From contig DASWIP010000012.1 in NCBI GenBank assembly GCA_036397635.1, positions 11,148-75,147 on the forward strand: 64,000 nt of DNA. Direction: 5' to 3'. This stretch comes from Actinomycetota bacterium. Lineage in GTDB: Bacteria; Actinomycetota; AC-67. A program made the translations under genes and the position numbers. A model generated the notes under the pieces. That model saw only the letters and a program-made list of their open reading frames with translations, did no database searches and was not told the DNA's origin. Below, piece by piece: positions 19,467 through 27,552 of the stretch; the first letter of the stretch is position 1, and each line of letters begins with the position of its first letter.

Positions 19467-21365
19467 TCAACCCCAGCCGGCGTCGGCCCATTGCCGGCCC
19501 AGCCACTGGCGAGCCGACCACTGACGAGCCGACCACTGACGAGCCGTCCATTCGTCCGCGCTCCACTGACGAGCCGACCACTGACGAGCCGACCACTGAC
19601 GAGCCGACCACTGACGAGCCGACCATTGACGAGCCGACCACTGACGAGCCGACCACTGGCGAGCCGACCACTGACGCGCGGTCCACTCATCGTCGCTCCA
19701 CTGACGAGCCGACCACTGGCGAGCGGCCCACTCGTCGTCGCTCCACTGGCGAGCCGACCACTGACGCGCCGTCCATTGGCGGGCAGCCCACTGACGCGCG
19801 GTCCACTGGCGTGCCGCCCAGCGCTCGTCGCTCCACTGGCGAGCCGACCATTGGCGAGCAGCCCACTGACGAGCCGCCCACTGGCGCGCGGCCCACTGGC
19901 GCGCGGCCCACTGGCGCGCGCCCCAGACATCTTCGGTCCACTGGCGAGCGGCCCACTGACGCGCAGCCCACTGGCGGGCGTTCCATTCGTCGGCGTCCCA
20001 GCGACGCGCGTCCCAGCCCTGGCCGTTGCCCTGGCCGTTACCCTGACCGTTCCCAGGGCCGCGTCCCGGGAACATGTCGTCGTCACCCAGGTCGGGAGCA
20101 TCGGGAAGCTCGGGCAGATCTCCATCGAACCCAGCGGCCGCGGCGGCCTCGACGACGCCGGCGCCCATCGAGGCAGCGTCACCGTCCGCGATCCCGGTCG
20201 CCGTCGCCATCAGCAGGGCCTTGACCTCGTCGGGGTTCAGCTCCGGTCTGGCCGACAGCAGCAGGGCCGCCGCGCCGGCCGTGACGGCCGCCGACATCGA
20301 GGTACCCGATCCCTTGAAGTATGCGTCCTCGACGCGCGCCGACGCGTTCTCGGCGTCCACGGTCGAGCCGGGAGCGCGCAGCGAGACCAAGTGCTCGCCC
20401 GGTGCCGCGAGGTCGGGCTTCGGGTCGCCCCAACGGGTGGGGCCACGACCCGAGAACTCCGAAACCAGGTCGTCGTCCACCTCGGGCGTGCCCATGTCGT
20501 CGACCGAGCCGGCGGTCAGCAGCATCGGGTCCTCGCCCGGCGAAGTGATGGTCACTTCGTCGGGTCCGTCGTTGCCCGCAGGCACGACCACGACGACCCC
20601 ATGCGACCACACCGTGCGCAATGCCCAGGACAGCGGATCCAGGTCCGGCGGTAGCGGCGACTGCGAATCGATCGCGAGAAGCATCACGCGGACGTCGTAG
20701 AGCTCCGCGGCCATGTCGACGAGCTGCACCCCTGCGAGCACCTGCCCCAAGCTGGTCGAGCCGTCTGCGCCGGCCACCTTGATCGAGACAAGCTCGGCGC
20801 CGGGAGCGACGCCGACGTATCGCCCGTCGGACGCGGCGCCCGTACCCGCGATCAGACCGGCTTGGAAGGTCCCGTGCCCATAAGTATCCGTCGCGTCGTC
20901 TTCACGCGTCACGTTCGCCGAGGCCACCACGCGCCCGGCGAGGTCGGGAACGTCGGCGACTCCGGTGTCGACCAGCGCGACCCTGACGCCTTCACCTGTG
21001 ATCCCGCCGGCCCACAGGGCCGTCGCGCCGACCTCATGCGGGTACGCGGTGACAAGCGAGCCGCCGTAGGACTCGGACAGCAGCCCCATCGGACGGTCGG
21101 GGACGACGTAAGCGATGCGCGAGAGCTGCTCGAGACGGTTTTCGGGAACGCGCGCATCCACACCGCCGACGATCGGCAGCGAGCGCTCGACCGATCCGCC
21201 GACGCGCTCTGTCATCTCGGCGGCCGAACCGGCGTCGGCCCCGATGACGATCACGTCGACGAGGCGCCCGACGGCCTCAACCGCGGGAGCTGTCGTCAGC
21301 GCGAGCAGGAAGGCGACGACAACCGCAGTAACCGTCCTGGCCTTGCCGTCTCGATGCAGTGTCAT
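19467..21365 (-). CDS. Secreted subtilisin-like (S8) serine protease with a C-terminal tail of 37 tandem pentapeptide units ([S/A/T]ARQW)
   Basis: Signal peptide MTLHRDGKARTVTAVVVAFLLALTTAPAVEA. Catalytic D (VALVDTGV), H (YGHGTFQAG) and S (GSGTSMSAAVTAGAAALL). A GQGNGQGNGQG linker is followed by the W-repeats, which run to the stop. Confidence 0.88.
   Translation of the reverse strand: MTLHRDGKARTVTAVVVAFLLALTTAPAVEAVGRLVDVIVIGADAGSAAEMTERVGGSVERSLPIVGGVDARVPENRLEQLSRIAYVVPDRPMGLLSESYGGSLVTAYPHEVGATALWAGGITGEGVRVALVDTGVADVPDLAGRVVASANVTREDDATDTYGHGTFQAGLIAGTGAASDGRYVGVAPGAELVSIKVAGADGSTSLGQVLAGVQLVDMAAELYDVRVMLLAIDSQSPLPPDLDPLSWALRTVWSHGVVVVVPAGNDGPDEVTITSPGEDPMLLTAGSVDDMGTPEVDDDLVSEFSGRGPTRWGDPKPDLAAPGEHLVSLRAPGSTVDAENASARVEDAYFKGSGTSMSAAVTAGAAALLLSARPELNPDEVKALLMATATGIADGDAASMGAGVVEAAAAAGFDGDLPELPDAPDLGDDDMFPGRGPGNGQGNGQGNGQGWDARRWDADEWNARQWAARQWAARQWTEDVWGARQWAARQWAARQWAARQWAARQWSARQWSDERWAARQWTARQWAARQWTARQWSARQWSDDEWAARQWSARQWSDDEWTARQWSARQWSARQWSARQWSARQWSARQWSARQWSARQWSADEWTARQWSARQWSARQWLGRQWADAGWG
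19470..20075. repeat. Coding tandem repeat: about 37 copies of a 15-bp unit (CCACTGRCGAGCCGR on the plus strand), then a short GNGQ (9-12-bp) repeat
   Basis: Seen directly: many consecutive near-identical 15-mers from 19470 to 20024, and ccctggccgttgccctggccgttaccctgaccgtt at 20025-20075. Confidence 0.95.
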
Positions 21366-21367
21366 GT

Positions 21368-21748
21368 TCACGCCGGAACCCCCGCAAGCAGGTTGCCAAC
21401 CACGGCCAGCAGATCCTCGGTATCGAATGGCTTGTTCATGTAGTAGTCGCAGCCTCCGCTCCAGCCCTTCCACGTCGACGACGGATCGTCAAGCGCAGTC
21501 AGCATGAGAACTGGGATGTAGCGCGTCCGCTCGTCGTTCCGCATCGTCTTCAGGACCTCGAAGCCGTCCATGCGTGGCATCATCACGTCCAGGATCACCA
21601 GCTCGGGCGTCATCCGTTCGAGCGCAGCGATCAGGGCCCTGCCGTCGGACAGGCTCAGCACCTCGTACCCTTCCAATTCGAGGGTGTCGTGGATCAGGGT
21701 TCGGGTCGGGGCGTTGTCGTCGACTACGAAGATACGGGGCCTGGACAC
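21368..21748 (-). CDS. Stand-alone response-regulator receiver (CheY-like, no output domain)
   Basis: GTG start with SD AAGGGAG. IFVVDDNAPTRTLI...LILDVMMPRMDGFEVL...KPF receiver motifs. The stop lies 2 nt before the subtilase ATG. Confidence 0.88.
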   Translation of the reverse strand: MSRPRIFVVDDNAPTRTLIHDTLELEGYEVLSLSDGRALIAALERMTPELVILDVMMPRMDGFEVLKTMRNDERTRYIPVLMLTALDDPSSTWKGWSGGCDYYMNKPFDTEDLLAVVGNLLAGVPA

Positions 21749-21896
21749 TGGTTCTCCCTTCGATCCTCACGAAGTAGCGCGGTGCAACGCCGGCCTCAGC
21801 GCTCCCAGTGGATATCGACGGAGACGGGACGAACCTGGATGGAAAGTGGTGCTATTTGTGCAACCCGGAAGGACTAGAAGCTCCGATCCGCGCAGG

Positions 21897-22805
21897 TCAA
21901 GTCGTCCGGAGCAGTTCCAGATCGTCACGATCGAAACGATCGAAATCGTCGGGAGGGCCGCCGCTGAGGAGCGAGGCGACCGATATGTCCTCGACCGCCC
22001 AATACATCACGGAGTCTCGGTACCGCGAATGGTGCGGGTTCTGAGGATCCTCGTGGTCGGAACGGCTCTGGTAGCCGATGTTCAACAACGCGAGCAGGTG
22101 TCCCGCCTCGTGGACCACCACCGCCCGCTCGATGGCGCCGGGTTGGACCAACGTGCTCGCGGCGCTGCGGATCCGGTCGATGAAGATCGCCGCGGCGGAA
22201 GCCCGGTACGCAACCCCAAGCGCCCCCTCCTCGTCGGCGAGCTCGCCGTTGAGGTAGAGCAGATACATCGTCGCGGTCGCCCCCGATGACCGATGGTCGC
22301 GGTGCTCACGCTCGAGGGCCTCGATGTCCTCGAACGAGTAGCGCGAGCGCGTGGGGGAGATCTCGTCGCTGCGCACCACGCTGACGCCGTCCGGTTTGCG
22401 CGCTTCGCGCCTCAAGACCTGGGCGAGGTGGTCGAGCGCGGCGGGGCTGGGCGCGCGCCCGGCAACGTAGTCGACCTCGACGATCAGCCGGGTCGCCGGG
22501 GAAGCCTTCAGGTACGCCCGAGCCATCGCGCCGACCCCGCCCGCATCCACATAGGCGGGCGCGTTGGGTCCCGAGGGCACGACGGTCGTCGTGGGCGTCG
22601 AGGGACCATCCCCGGGGCGGGACGCACGGGCGCCGGGCGAGCTGCTCGAACCGGGACCTCCGGGTGCGGTGGCGGGAACCTCGTCACCTGGGAGCAAGCT
22701 CTCGTCGCCGGTGTTGCCGGGCGGCGCGGCCGGCGAGCACGACACGAAGACGAACGCAGCGGCGATCGCCGCGAGGAGGATCGATCGGGCCGGGGGGTTT
22801 CTCAC
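21897..22805 (-). CDS. Putative zinc metallopeptidase lipoprotein (HExxH)
   Basis: GTG start at 22805 overlaps the guaB3-like TGA (GTGA). Signal/lipobox-like LLAAIAAAFVFVSC. VVVHEAGHLLAL is an HExxH motif. The upstream part of the track ORF is a spurious extension. Confidence 0.6.
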   Translation of the reverse strand: MRNPPARSILLAAIAAAFVFVSCSPAAPPGNTGDESLLPGDEVPATAPGGPGSSSSPGARASRPGDGPSTPTTTVVPSGPNAPAYVDAGGVGAMARAYLKASPATRLIVEVDYVAGRAPSPAALDHLAQVLRREARKPDGVSVVRSDEISPTRSRYSFEDIEALEREHRDHRSSGATATMYLLYLNGELADEEGALGVAYRASAAAIFIDRIRSAASTLVQPGAIERAVVVHEAGHLLALLNIGYQSRSDHEDPQNPHHSRYRDSVMYWAVEDISVASLLSGGPPDDFDRFDRDDLELLRTT

Positions 22806-23962
22806 CCCATGCCGACGCCCTGCGCGCGCTGGTAGCTCTTGCCCTCGGACAGGAACGAGGGCGAGACAGTCACCTCGACGCGCTGGAACTCGCGCAGGGT
22901 CTGATAGCCGCAGGTCGCCATTGACTCCCGCAGGGCACCGAACAGGTTCATGGTGCCGTCTGTGCGATCGGTCGGACCGAGCAGGATCTCTTTGAGCGTC
23001 CCGACCACCTGGGTCTTGACCCGAGTGCCCCGCGGCAGATCCGGGTGAGGGGTCGCCATCCCCCAGTGGTAGCCGCGACCGGGCGCCTCGAACGCGCGCG
23101 TGAGCGGAGAGCCGATCATCACGGCATCGGCACCGCAGGCGATCGCCTTGGCCACATCGCCACCGGTGCGCATCCCCCCGTCGGCGATGACGTGCACGTA
23201 GCGGCCGGTCTCCTGCAGATGGCGCATACGCGCTCCGGCCGCATCCGCGATCGCGGTCGCCTGCGGCACCCCGATGCCGAGCACGCCGCGGCTGGTGCAC
23301 GCCGCGCCGGGACCGACGCCGACGAGCACGCCGACCGCGCCGGTGCGCATCAGGTGCAGGGCGGTCTCGTACGAGGCGCAGCCGCCGACGATCACGGGGA
23401 TTTCGTAAGTGGCGATGAACTCTTTCAGGTTCAGGGGTTGGGTCAGGGTCGAGACGTGCTCGGCCGAGACGACGGTACCCTGGATCACCAGGATGTCCAG
23501 CTCGGCCTCCAGCGCGACCTTGTGGAAGGTCGGGACCCGCTGGGGGGTCAGCGAGGCGGCGGCGGTGACACCCGCCTCCTTGATCTGACGGATGCGCTCG
23601 CCGATCAGCTCTTCCTTGATCGGCGCGGCGTAGAACTCCTGCATCCGCTTAGTCGCCTCGCCGTCCGTCAACGTGGCGATCTCCTCGTAGAGCGGCTCGG
23701 GGTCCTCGTAGCGACCCCACAAGCCCTCGAGGTTCAACACCGCCAGCCCGCCGAGCTTGCCTATCTCGATCGCCGACCTGGGGGAAACGACCGCGTCCAT
23801 CGCCGACGCGAGGAGCGGGATCTCGAACCGAAACGCGTCGATCTCCCACGAGATGTCGACATCATCGCGATCGCGCGTCCGGCGGGAGGGCACGATGGAT
23901 ATCTCATCGAACCCGTACGCCCGACGACCTGCTTTGCCGATCCCGATCTCTACTTCCGCCAT
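22802..23962 (-). CDS. IMP dehydrogenase-family protein without CBS insert (GuaB3-like)
   Basis: 386 aa. TIM-barrel IMPDH-like, with ...GVGPGAACTSRGVLGIGVPQATAI...ADGGMRTGGDVAKAIACGADAVMIG. SD AGGAGG before the ATG at 23962. Confidence 0.85.
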   Translation of the reverse strand: MAEVEIGIGKAGRRAYGFDEISIVPSRRTRDRDDVDISWEIDAFRFEIPLLASAMDAVVSPRSAIEIGKLGGLAVLNLEGLWGRYEDPEPLYEEIATLTDGEATKRMQEFYAAPIKEELIGERIRQIKEAGVTAAASLTPQRVPTFHKVALEAELDILVIQGTVVSAEHVSTLTQPLNLKEFIATYEIPVIVGGCASYETALHLMRTGAVGVLVGVGPGAACTSRGVLGIGVPQATAIADAAGARMRHLQETGRYVHVIADGGMRTGGDVAKAIACGADAVMIGSPLTRAFEAPGRGYHWGMATPHPDLPRGTRVKTQVVGTLKEILLGPTDRTDGTMNLFGALRESMATCGYQTLREFQRVEVTVSPSFLSEGKSYQRAQGVGMG

Positions 23963-24044
23963 CCCCGTCCTCCTGGGCCGTCCCTTTCATCAAGGGTAGC
24001 CGACGGGTCCGACCGATGCCGCCGGCGTTGTGTGGAAAAGCATC

Positions 24045-24066
24045 AGGGGCGGCGCCCGCCGCCCCT
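24045..24066 (-). terminator. Intrinsic terminator of groES: GC-rich hairpin (AGGGGCGGCG-CC-CGCCGCCCCT) followed on the transcribed strand by GCTTTTCC
   Basis: Perfect 10-bp inverted repeat 21 nt after the groES TAG. The U-tract is aaaag at 24036-24040 on the plus strand. Confidence 0.7.
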
Positions 24067-24086
24067 GGAAGCCTTACCGTGCCGCG

Positions 24087-24386
24087 CTACTTGATGATCG
24101 CGAGCACGTCCCGCGCGGTCAGGATCAGGTAGTCCTCGCCACCGACCTTGACCTCGGTGCCGCCGTACTTGGAGTAGATGACGCGGTCACCCTTCTTGAC
24201 GTCCGTGGGGACGCGCGTGCCGTCCTCGAACCGGCCCGGCCCGACGGCCACGACCTCGCCCTCCTGGGGCTTCTCCTTCGCCGTGTCGGGGATGATGATT
24301 CCGCTGGGGGTCTTCTGCGTCTCTTCCTCCAGCGGCTTGACGACGATACGGTCCTCGAGCGGCTCGAGGCTGAACCCCTTCGCCAT
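24087..24386 (-). CDS. groES: Co-chaperonin GroES
   Basis: 99 aa [52 protein letters not shown]... Confidence 0.97.
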   Translation of the reverse strand: MAKGFSLEPLEDRIVVKPLEEETQKTPSGIIIPDTAKEKPQEGEVVAVGPGRFEDGTRVPTDVKKGDRVIYSKYGGTEVKVGGEDYLILTARDVLAIIK

Positions 24387-24444
24387 CTGCCAATCCCTCC
24401 CTGAAGTTGGTAGGCAGCAGGCTCTTGGCCTGCATGATCTCTGG

Positions 24445-24471
24445 TTAGCACTCGGACGACCCGAGTGCTAA
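24445..24471. promoter_or_regulatory. CIRCE operator (HrcA binding site): TTAGCACTC-N9-GAGTGCTAA
   Basis: Exact consensus TTAGCACTCGGACGACCCGAGTGCTAA, 59-85 nt upstream of the groES start. Confidence 0.93.
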
Positions 24472-24606
24472 GCGGCAATATAGGCCGGCCCTCGCCGGGT
24501 CGTCAAGCCGAGGTGCCCCGGGTGCAGCCGCAGCCAACCGCGCGTGGAGGTGCCTGCGATCGTCGCGTTCCGCACGATCCGCCCGCCCTTGGGACAGCTG
24601 TCCAGA

Positions 24607-24644
24607 GTCGTGTGCGTGTGCAACCGGAGGTGCACACGCACACG
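24607..24644. repeat. Palindromic element copy B: TCGTGTGCGTGTGC-AACCGGAGGT-GCACACGCACACGA (14-10-14), flanked by the 12-bp palindrome GGACAGCTGTCC at 24591-24602
   Basis: Read directly. Shares the core GTGTGCGTGTGC-N10-GCACACGCACAC with copy A. Lies between the tsaD stop (24739) and CIRCE/groES. Confidence 0.9.
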
Positions 24645-24738
24645 ATCGGCCACACCGATGTGCCCGCCACGGCGACGGGATGGACTCGATCGCGCCCCCC
24701 GGGACCCCAGCCCAGACCCAGGCTCCCGACGCCCGGGA

Positions 24739-25740
24739 TCAGCCGAGTGACCGGCTCGGATCCGCCCCGACATCCAGAGGGGTCCGCTCCCCCCGCTCGA
24801 GGCGCCGGATCCCGGCCGCCGCGATCATCGCGCCGTTGTCCGTGCACAGCGCCGGCTCCGGGATGACGACGCGGAGACCGCGCTGATCGCCCGCCTCGTG
24901 CATCAGCGCGCGCAGCCGCGAGTTCGCGGCGACTCCGCCGCCGACCACGACCTGCTCGATGCCGGTCTGCTCGACCGCGCGCAGGATCTTGGCGACCTGA
25001 ACGTCCAAGATCGCCTCCTGCACCGACGCGGCGAGGTCGGAGACGTCGAACGCCTCACCGAGAGCCTCGCGCTCGCGGATCCAGCGGATCACCGCGGTCT
25101 TCAGGCCCGAGAACGAGAAGTCCAGGTTCGGCTCGGCCAGCATCGCGCGGGGGAATCGATACGCGGCGGGATCGCCGTCGCGCGCGAGCAGGTCGATCGC
25201 CGGCCCGCCGGGGAACCCGAGTCCGATGAAGCGCGCGATCTTGTCGAAGGCTTCGCCGGCCGCGTCGTCGATGGTCTGGCCGATGATCTCGAACCGGCCG
25301 TGCTCGGGCATCACCGCGAGCATGGTGTGCCCGCCGGAGACGATCAGCGCCAGCACCGGCGGCTCGAGCGATCGATCGGCCAGGAACGCGGACTCGATAT
25401 GGCCTTCCAGGTGGTTCACCCCGATCATGGGGATGCTCAGCGTCGCCGCCGTCGCCTTCGCTGCCGCGAGCCCCACCAGCAAGCACCCGACCAGGCCCGG
25501 CCCGATCGTGACCGCGACCGCCTCGAGGTCCTTGCGGGTCACCTTCGCTTCCTCGAGCGCGTGCTCGATCGCCGGCGTGATCGTCATCACGTGCGCGCGC
25601 GAGGCCAGCTCGGGCACGACCCCGCCGAAACGCGCGTGTACGTCGATCTGGGAGCTGATGATGCTCGATCGAACGGTCTGATCGTCGAGCACCGCCACGC
25701 CGGTCTCATCGCAAGACGTTTCGATCCCCAGGACGAGCAT
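24739..25740 (-). CDS. tsaD: tRNA N6-adenosine threonylcarbamoyltransferase
   Basis: MLVLGIETSCDETGVAVLDD..., Kae1/TsaD family. ATG at 25740 overlaps the rimI TGA (ATGA). The track ORF has a 24-aa spurious extension. Confidence 0.93.
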   Translation of the reverse strand: MLVLGIETSCDETGVAVLDDQTVRSSIISSQIDVHARFGGVVPELASRAHVMTITPAIEHALEEAKVTRKDLEAVAVTIGPGLVGCLLVGLAAAKATAATLSIPMIGVNHLEGHIESAFLADRSLEPPVLALIVSGGHTMLAVMPEHGRFEIIGQTIDDAAGEAFDKIARFIGLGFPGGPAIDLLARDGDPAAYRFPRAMLAEPNLDFSFSGLKTAVIRWIREREALGEAFDVSDLAASVQEAILDVQVAKILRAVEQTGIEQVVVGGGVAANSRLRALMHEAGDQRGLRVVIPEPALCTDNGAMIAAAGIRRLERGERTPLDVGADPSRSLG

Positions 25741-26273
25741 CAGCCGCCCACCGTGGAGCGGACCTTCGCCAGGCGGGCGTCCATCTCGGTGGTGCGGCAG
25801 TCCTCGATCCACATCACCAGCGCGTCCTCGCCGGTCTCGGCGTAGTAGTTCTTGCGTATCCCGACGGGGCGGAACCCGAACAACGCGTACAGCCGCTGCG
25901 CCGCCCAGTTCGCCACCCGCACCTCCAGCGCGATCGTCCGGGCGCCGCGCGCGCGCGCCTCCTCGACCAGGTTGAGCATCAAACGGCTTCCGACCCCACC
26001 GTGCTGATACGCAGGATCGACCGCGATGGTAGTGATGTGTCCCTCGTCGTCGTGCACCATCAAGCCGCCGTACCCGATCACGTCCTTGTCGTGCTGAACG
26101 ACGACGTAATGCCGCGACTTACGCTGCCCGATCTCGGAGAAGAACAGCGCCGCGCTCCACGGCCGCGGATAGACCTCCCGCTCGATCGCGAGTACTTCGC
26201 GGACGTGCCGCCGCCGCATCGGCACGATCTCGATCGCCAGCGGGACCTGCGGGGGATCGCTCGGCGCCCTCAT
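25740..26273 (-). CDS. rimI: Ribosomal-protein-alanine N-acetyltransferase (GNAT)
   Basis: GNAT motif IAVDPAYQHGGVGSRLM. ATG at 26273 overlaps the tsaB TGA. Confidence 0.85.
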   Translation of the reverse strand: MRAPSDPPQVPLAIEIVPMRRRHVREVLAIEREVYPRPWSAALFFSEIGQRKSRHYVVVQHDKDVIGYGGLMVHDDEGHITTIAVDPAYQHGGVGSRLMLNLVEEARARGARTIALEVRVANWAAQRLYALFGFRPVGIRKNYYAETGEDALVMWIEDCRTTEMDARLAKVRSTVGG

Positions 26274-27019
26274 CCCGCCTCCCGCGCGCGCTTGGGGATC
26301 TTCACGCGGTTGGGCCGCTCGATCATGACACCCCGCTGCTCCCACTTGATCTCTGCGTCGGAGCGGCGCACGTACAGCGGCTCGAGCTGCTCGGGCGAGA
26401 CGAAATCCTCCCGTTCGATCCGTGGGATCGCCAGCTCGACCAGCACCTCGGCCGACGGGTGCTGCCGCACCGGCGACGCGAACTCTATCTCCTCGACGCC
26501 GCTGAATACCTCCTGGTACGCGGGCGCGCCGTCGCCGACGAGCAGCGCGTGCTCACGCCGCGCCACGACTTCGGCCACCACGTCCTCCGGCGCCATCGAC
26601 GTGTAGTCGCTCTCGCGCTCGACCCCGCCGTGCACAGCGCGGTAGAAGGCCGCGAACACCTCGCCGCGCTTGGCGTCGATGCAGGGCACGATCAGCTTGG
26701 GGGAGTAGCACACACCGAAAGCCAGCAGGTCCAGGCTCGCAACACCGATCAGCGGGATGGTCAGCGTCTGCGCGATCGTCTTCGCGGTCGCGATGCCGAC
26801 GCGCATGCCGGTGAACAGGCCGGGCCCGACGTCCACGGCGACGGCACCGAGGTGCTCGAGCTGCACGCCGGTCTCTTCGCATAGCGCCGTGATCGCCGGC
26901 ATCAAGAACTCGACGTGGCCGCGTCCCTGCGCCGTGGATCGGCCGGCGATGGTCCCTTCTCTCGCGCCCAGGGCGACCGAGGACATCCGCGTGGCCGTCT
27001 CGATGCCAAGCACGATCAC
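26270..27019 (-). CDS. tsaB: tRNA threonylcarbamoyladenosine biosynthesis protein TsaB
   Basis: [19 protein letters not shown]..., inactive Kae1 paralog. ATG overlaps the tsaE stop. Confidence 0.9.
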   Translation of the reverse strand: MIVLGIETATRMSSVALGAREGTIAGRSTAQGRGHVEFLMPAITALCEETGVQLEHLGAVAVDVGPGLFTGMRVGIATAKTIAQTLTIPLIGVASLDLLAFGVCYSPKLIVPCIDAKRGEVFAAFYRAVHGGVERESDYTSMAPEDVVAEVVARREHALLVGDGAPAYQEVFSGVEEIEFASPVRQHPSAEVLVELAIPRIEREDFVSPEQLEPLYVRRSDAEIKWEQRGVMIERPNRVKIPKRAREAG

Positions 27020-27498
27020 CGGCCGGCCTCCTCGAGCACGTCGATGGCATCCAGCCGGTCCGCCCAGCCGTCGAGGCCGCGCAGCACGATCGAGCGCCGC
27101 TCGTCCGCCGCGACCGTGATCTCGACCTCAAGCCGCTCGGGCGGCAACGCGACGTCCACCGCGTCGCCCCACTCGATGAACAGAACGTAGTCGGGCGAGA
27201 ACACCTCCTCGTAGCCGAGGTCGATCAGCTCTTGGATCGAGTTCAAGCGGTACACGTCGACGTGGAGCACGTCCAGGTCGCCCGCGTACTTGCGCGCCAG
27301 CACGAACGAGGGGCTGGTCACGCGCGCGGTCACGCCGAGCGCCGCGGCGGCGCCCTGCACGAACGCCGTCTTGCCCGCGCCCAGGTCGCCCGATAGCGCG
27401 ACCACGTCGCCGGGCCGCAGCGCGCGCGCGACCAGGGCCGCGATCGCCCGGGTCTGCTCGGCGCCGGCCGAGGTCAGGTGCAGCTCTCGTGCGGGCAT
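27016..27498 (-). CDS. tsaE: tRNA threonylcarbamoyladenosine biosynthesis ATPase TsaE
   Basis: Walker A GDLGAGKT; YjeE family. Confidence 0.9.
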   Translation of the reverse strand: MPARELHLTSAGAEQTRAIAALVARALRPGDVVALSGDLGAGKTAFVQGAAAALGVTARVTSPSFVLARKYAGDLDVLHVDVYRLNSIQELIDLGYEEVFSPDYVLFIEWGDAVDVALPPERLEVEITVAADERRSIVLRGLDGWADRLDAIDVLEEAGR

Positions 27499-27552
27499 GC
27501 CGTCACTCTAGAACGCGCAGCGCGCCCCAGCACAGCCGCGGGCCAGACCGAG

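Noticed and set aside
19470-20024. Possibility that the 15-bp tandem array is a CRISPR or other non-coding repeat
   Set aside because: No spacers (units are contiguous), the unit is 15 bp, and the array is in frame within a protein-coding gene.
19071-20654. Plus-strand 527-aa ORF with (PLTSR)n repeats
   Set aside because: It is the antisense reading of the 15-bp tandem repeat inside the S8 protease gene. The minus-strand frame is contiguous with an intact subtilase catalytic domain and signal peptide.
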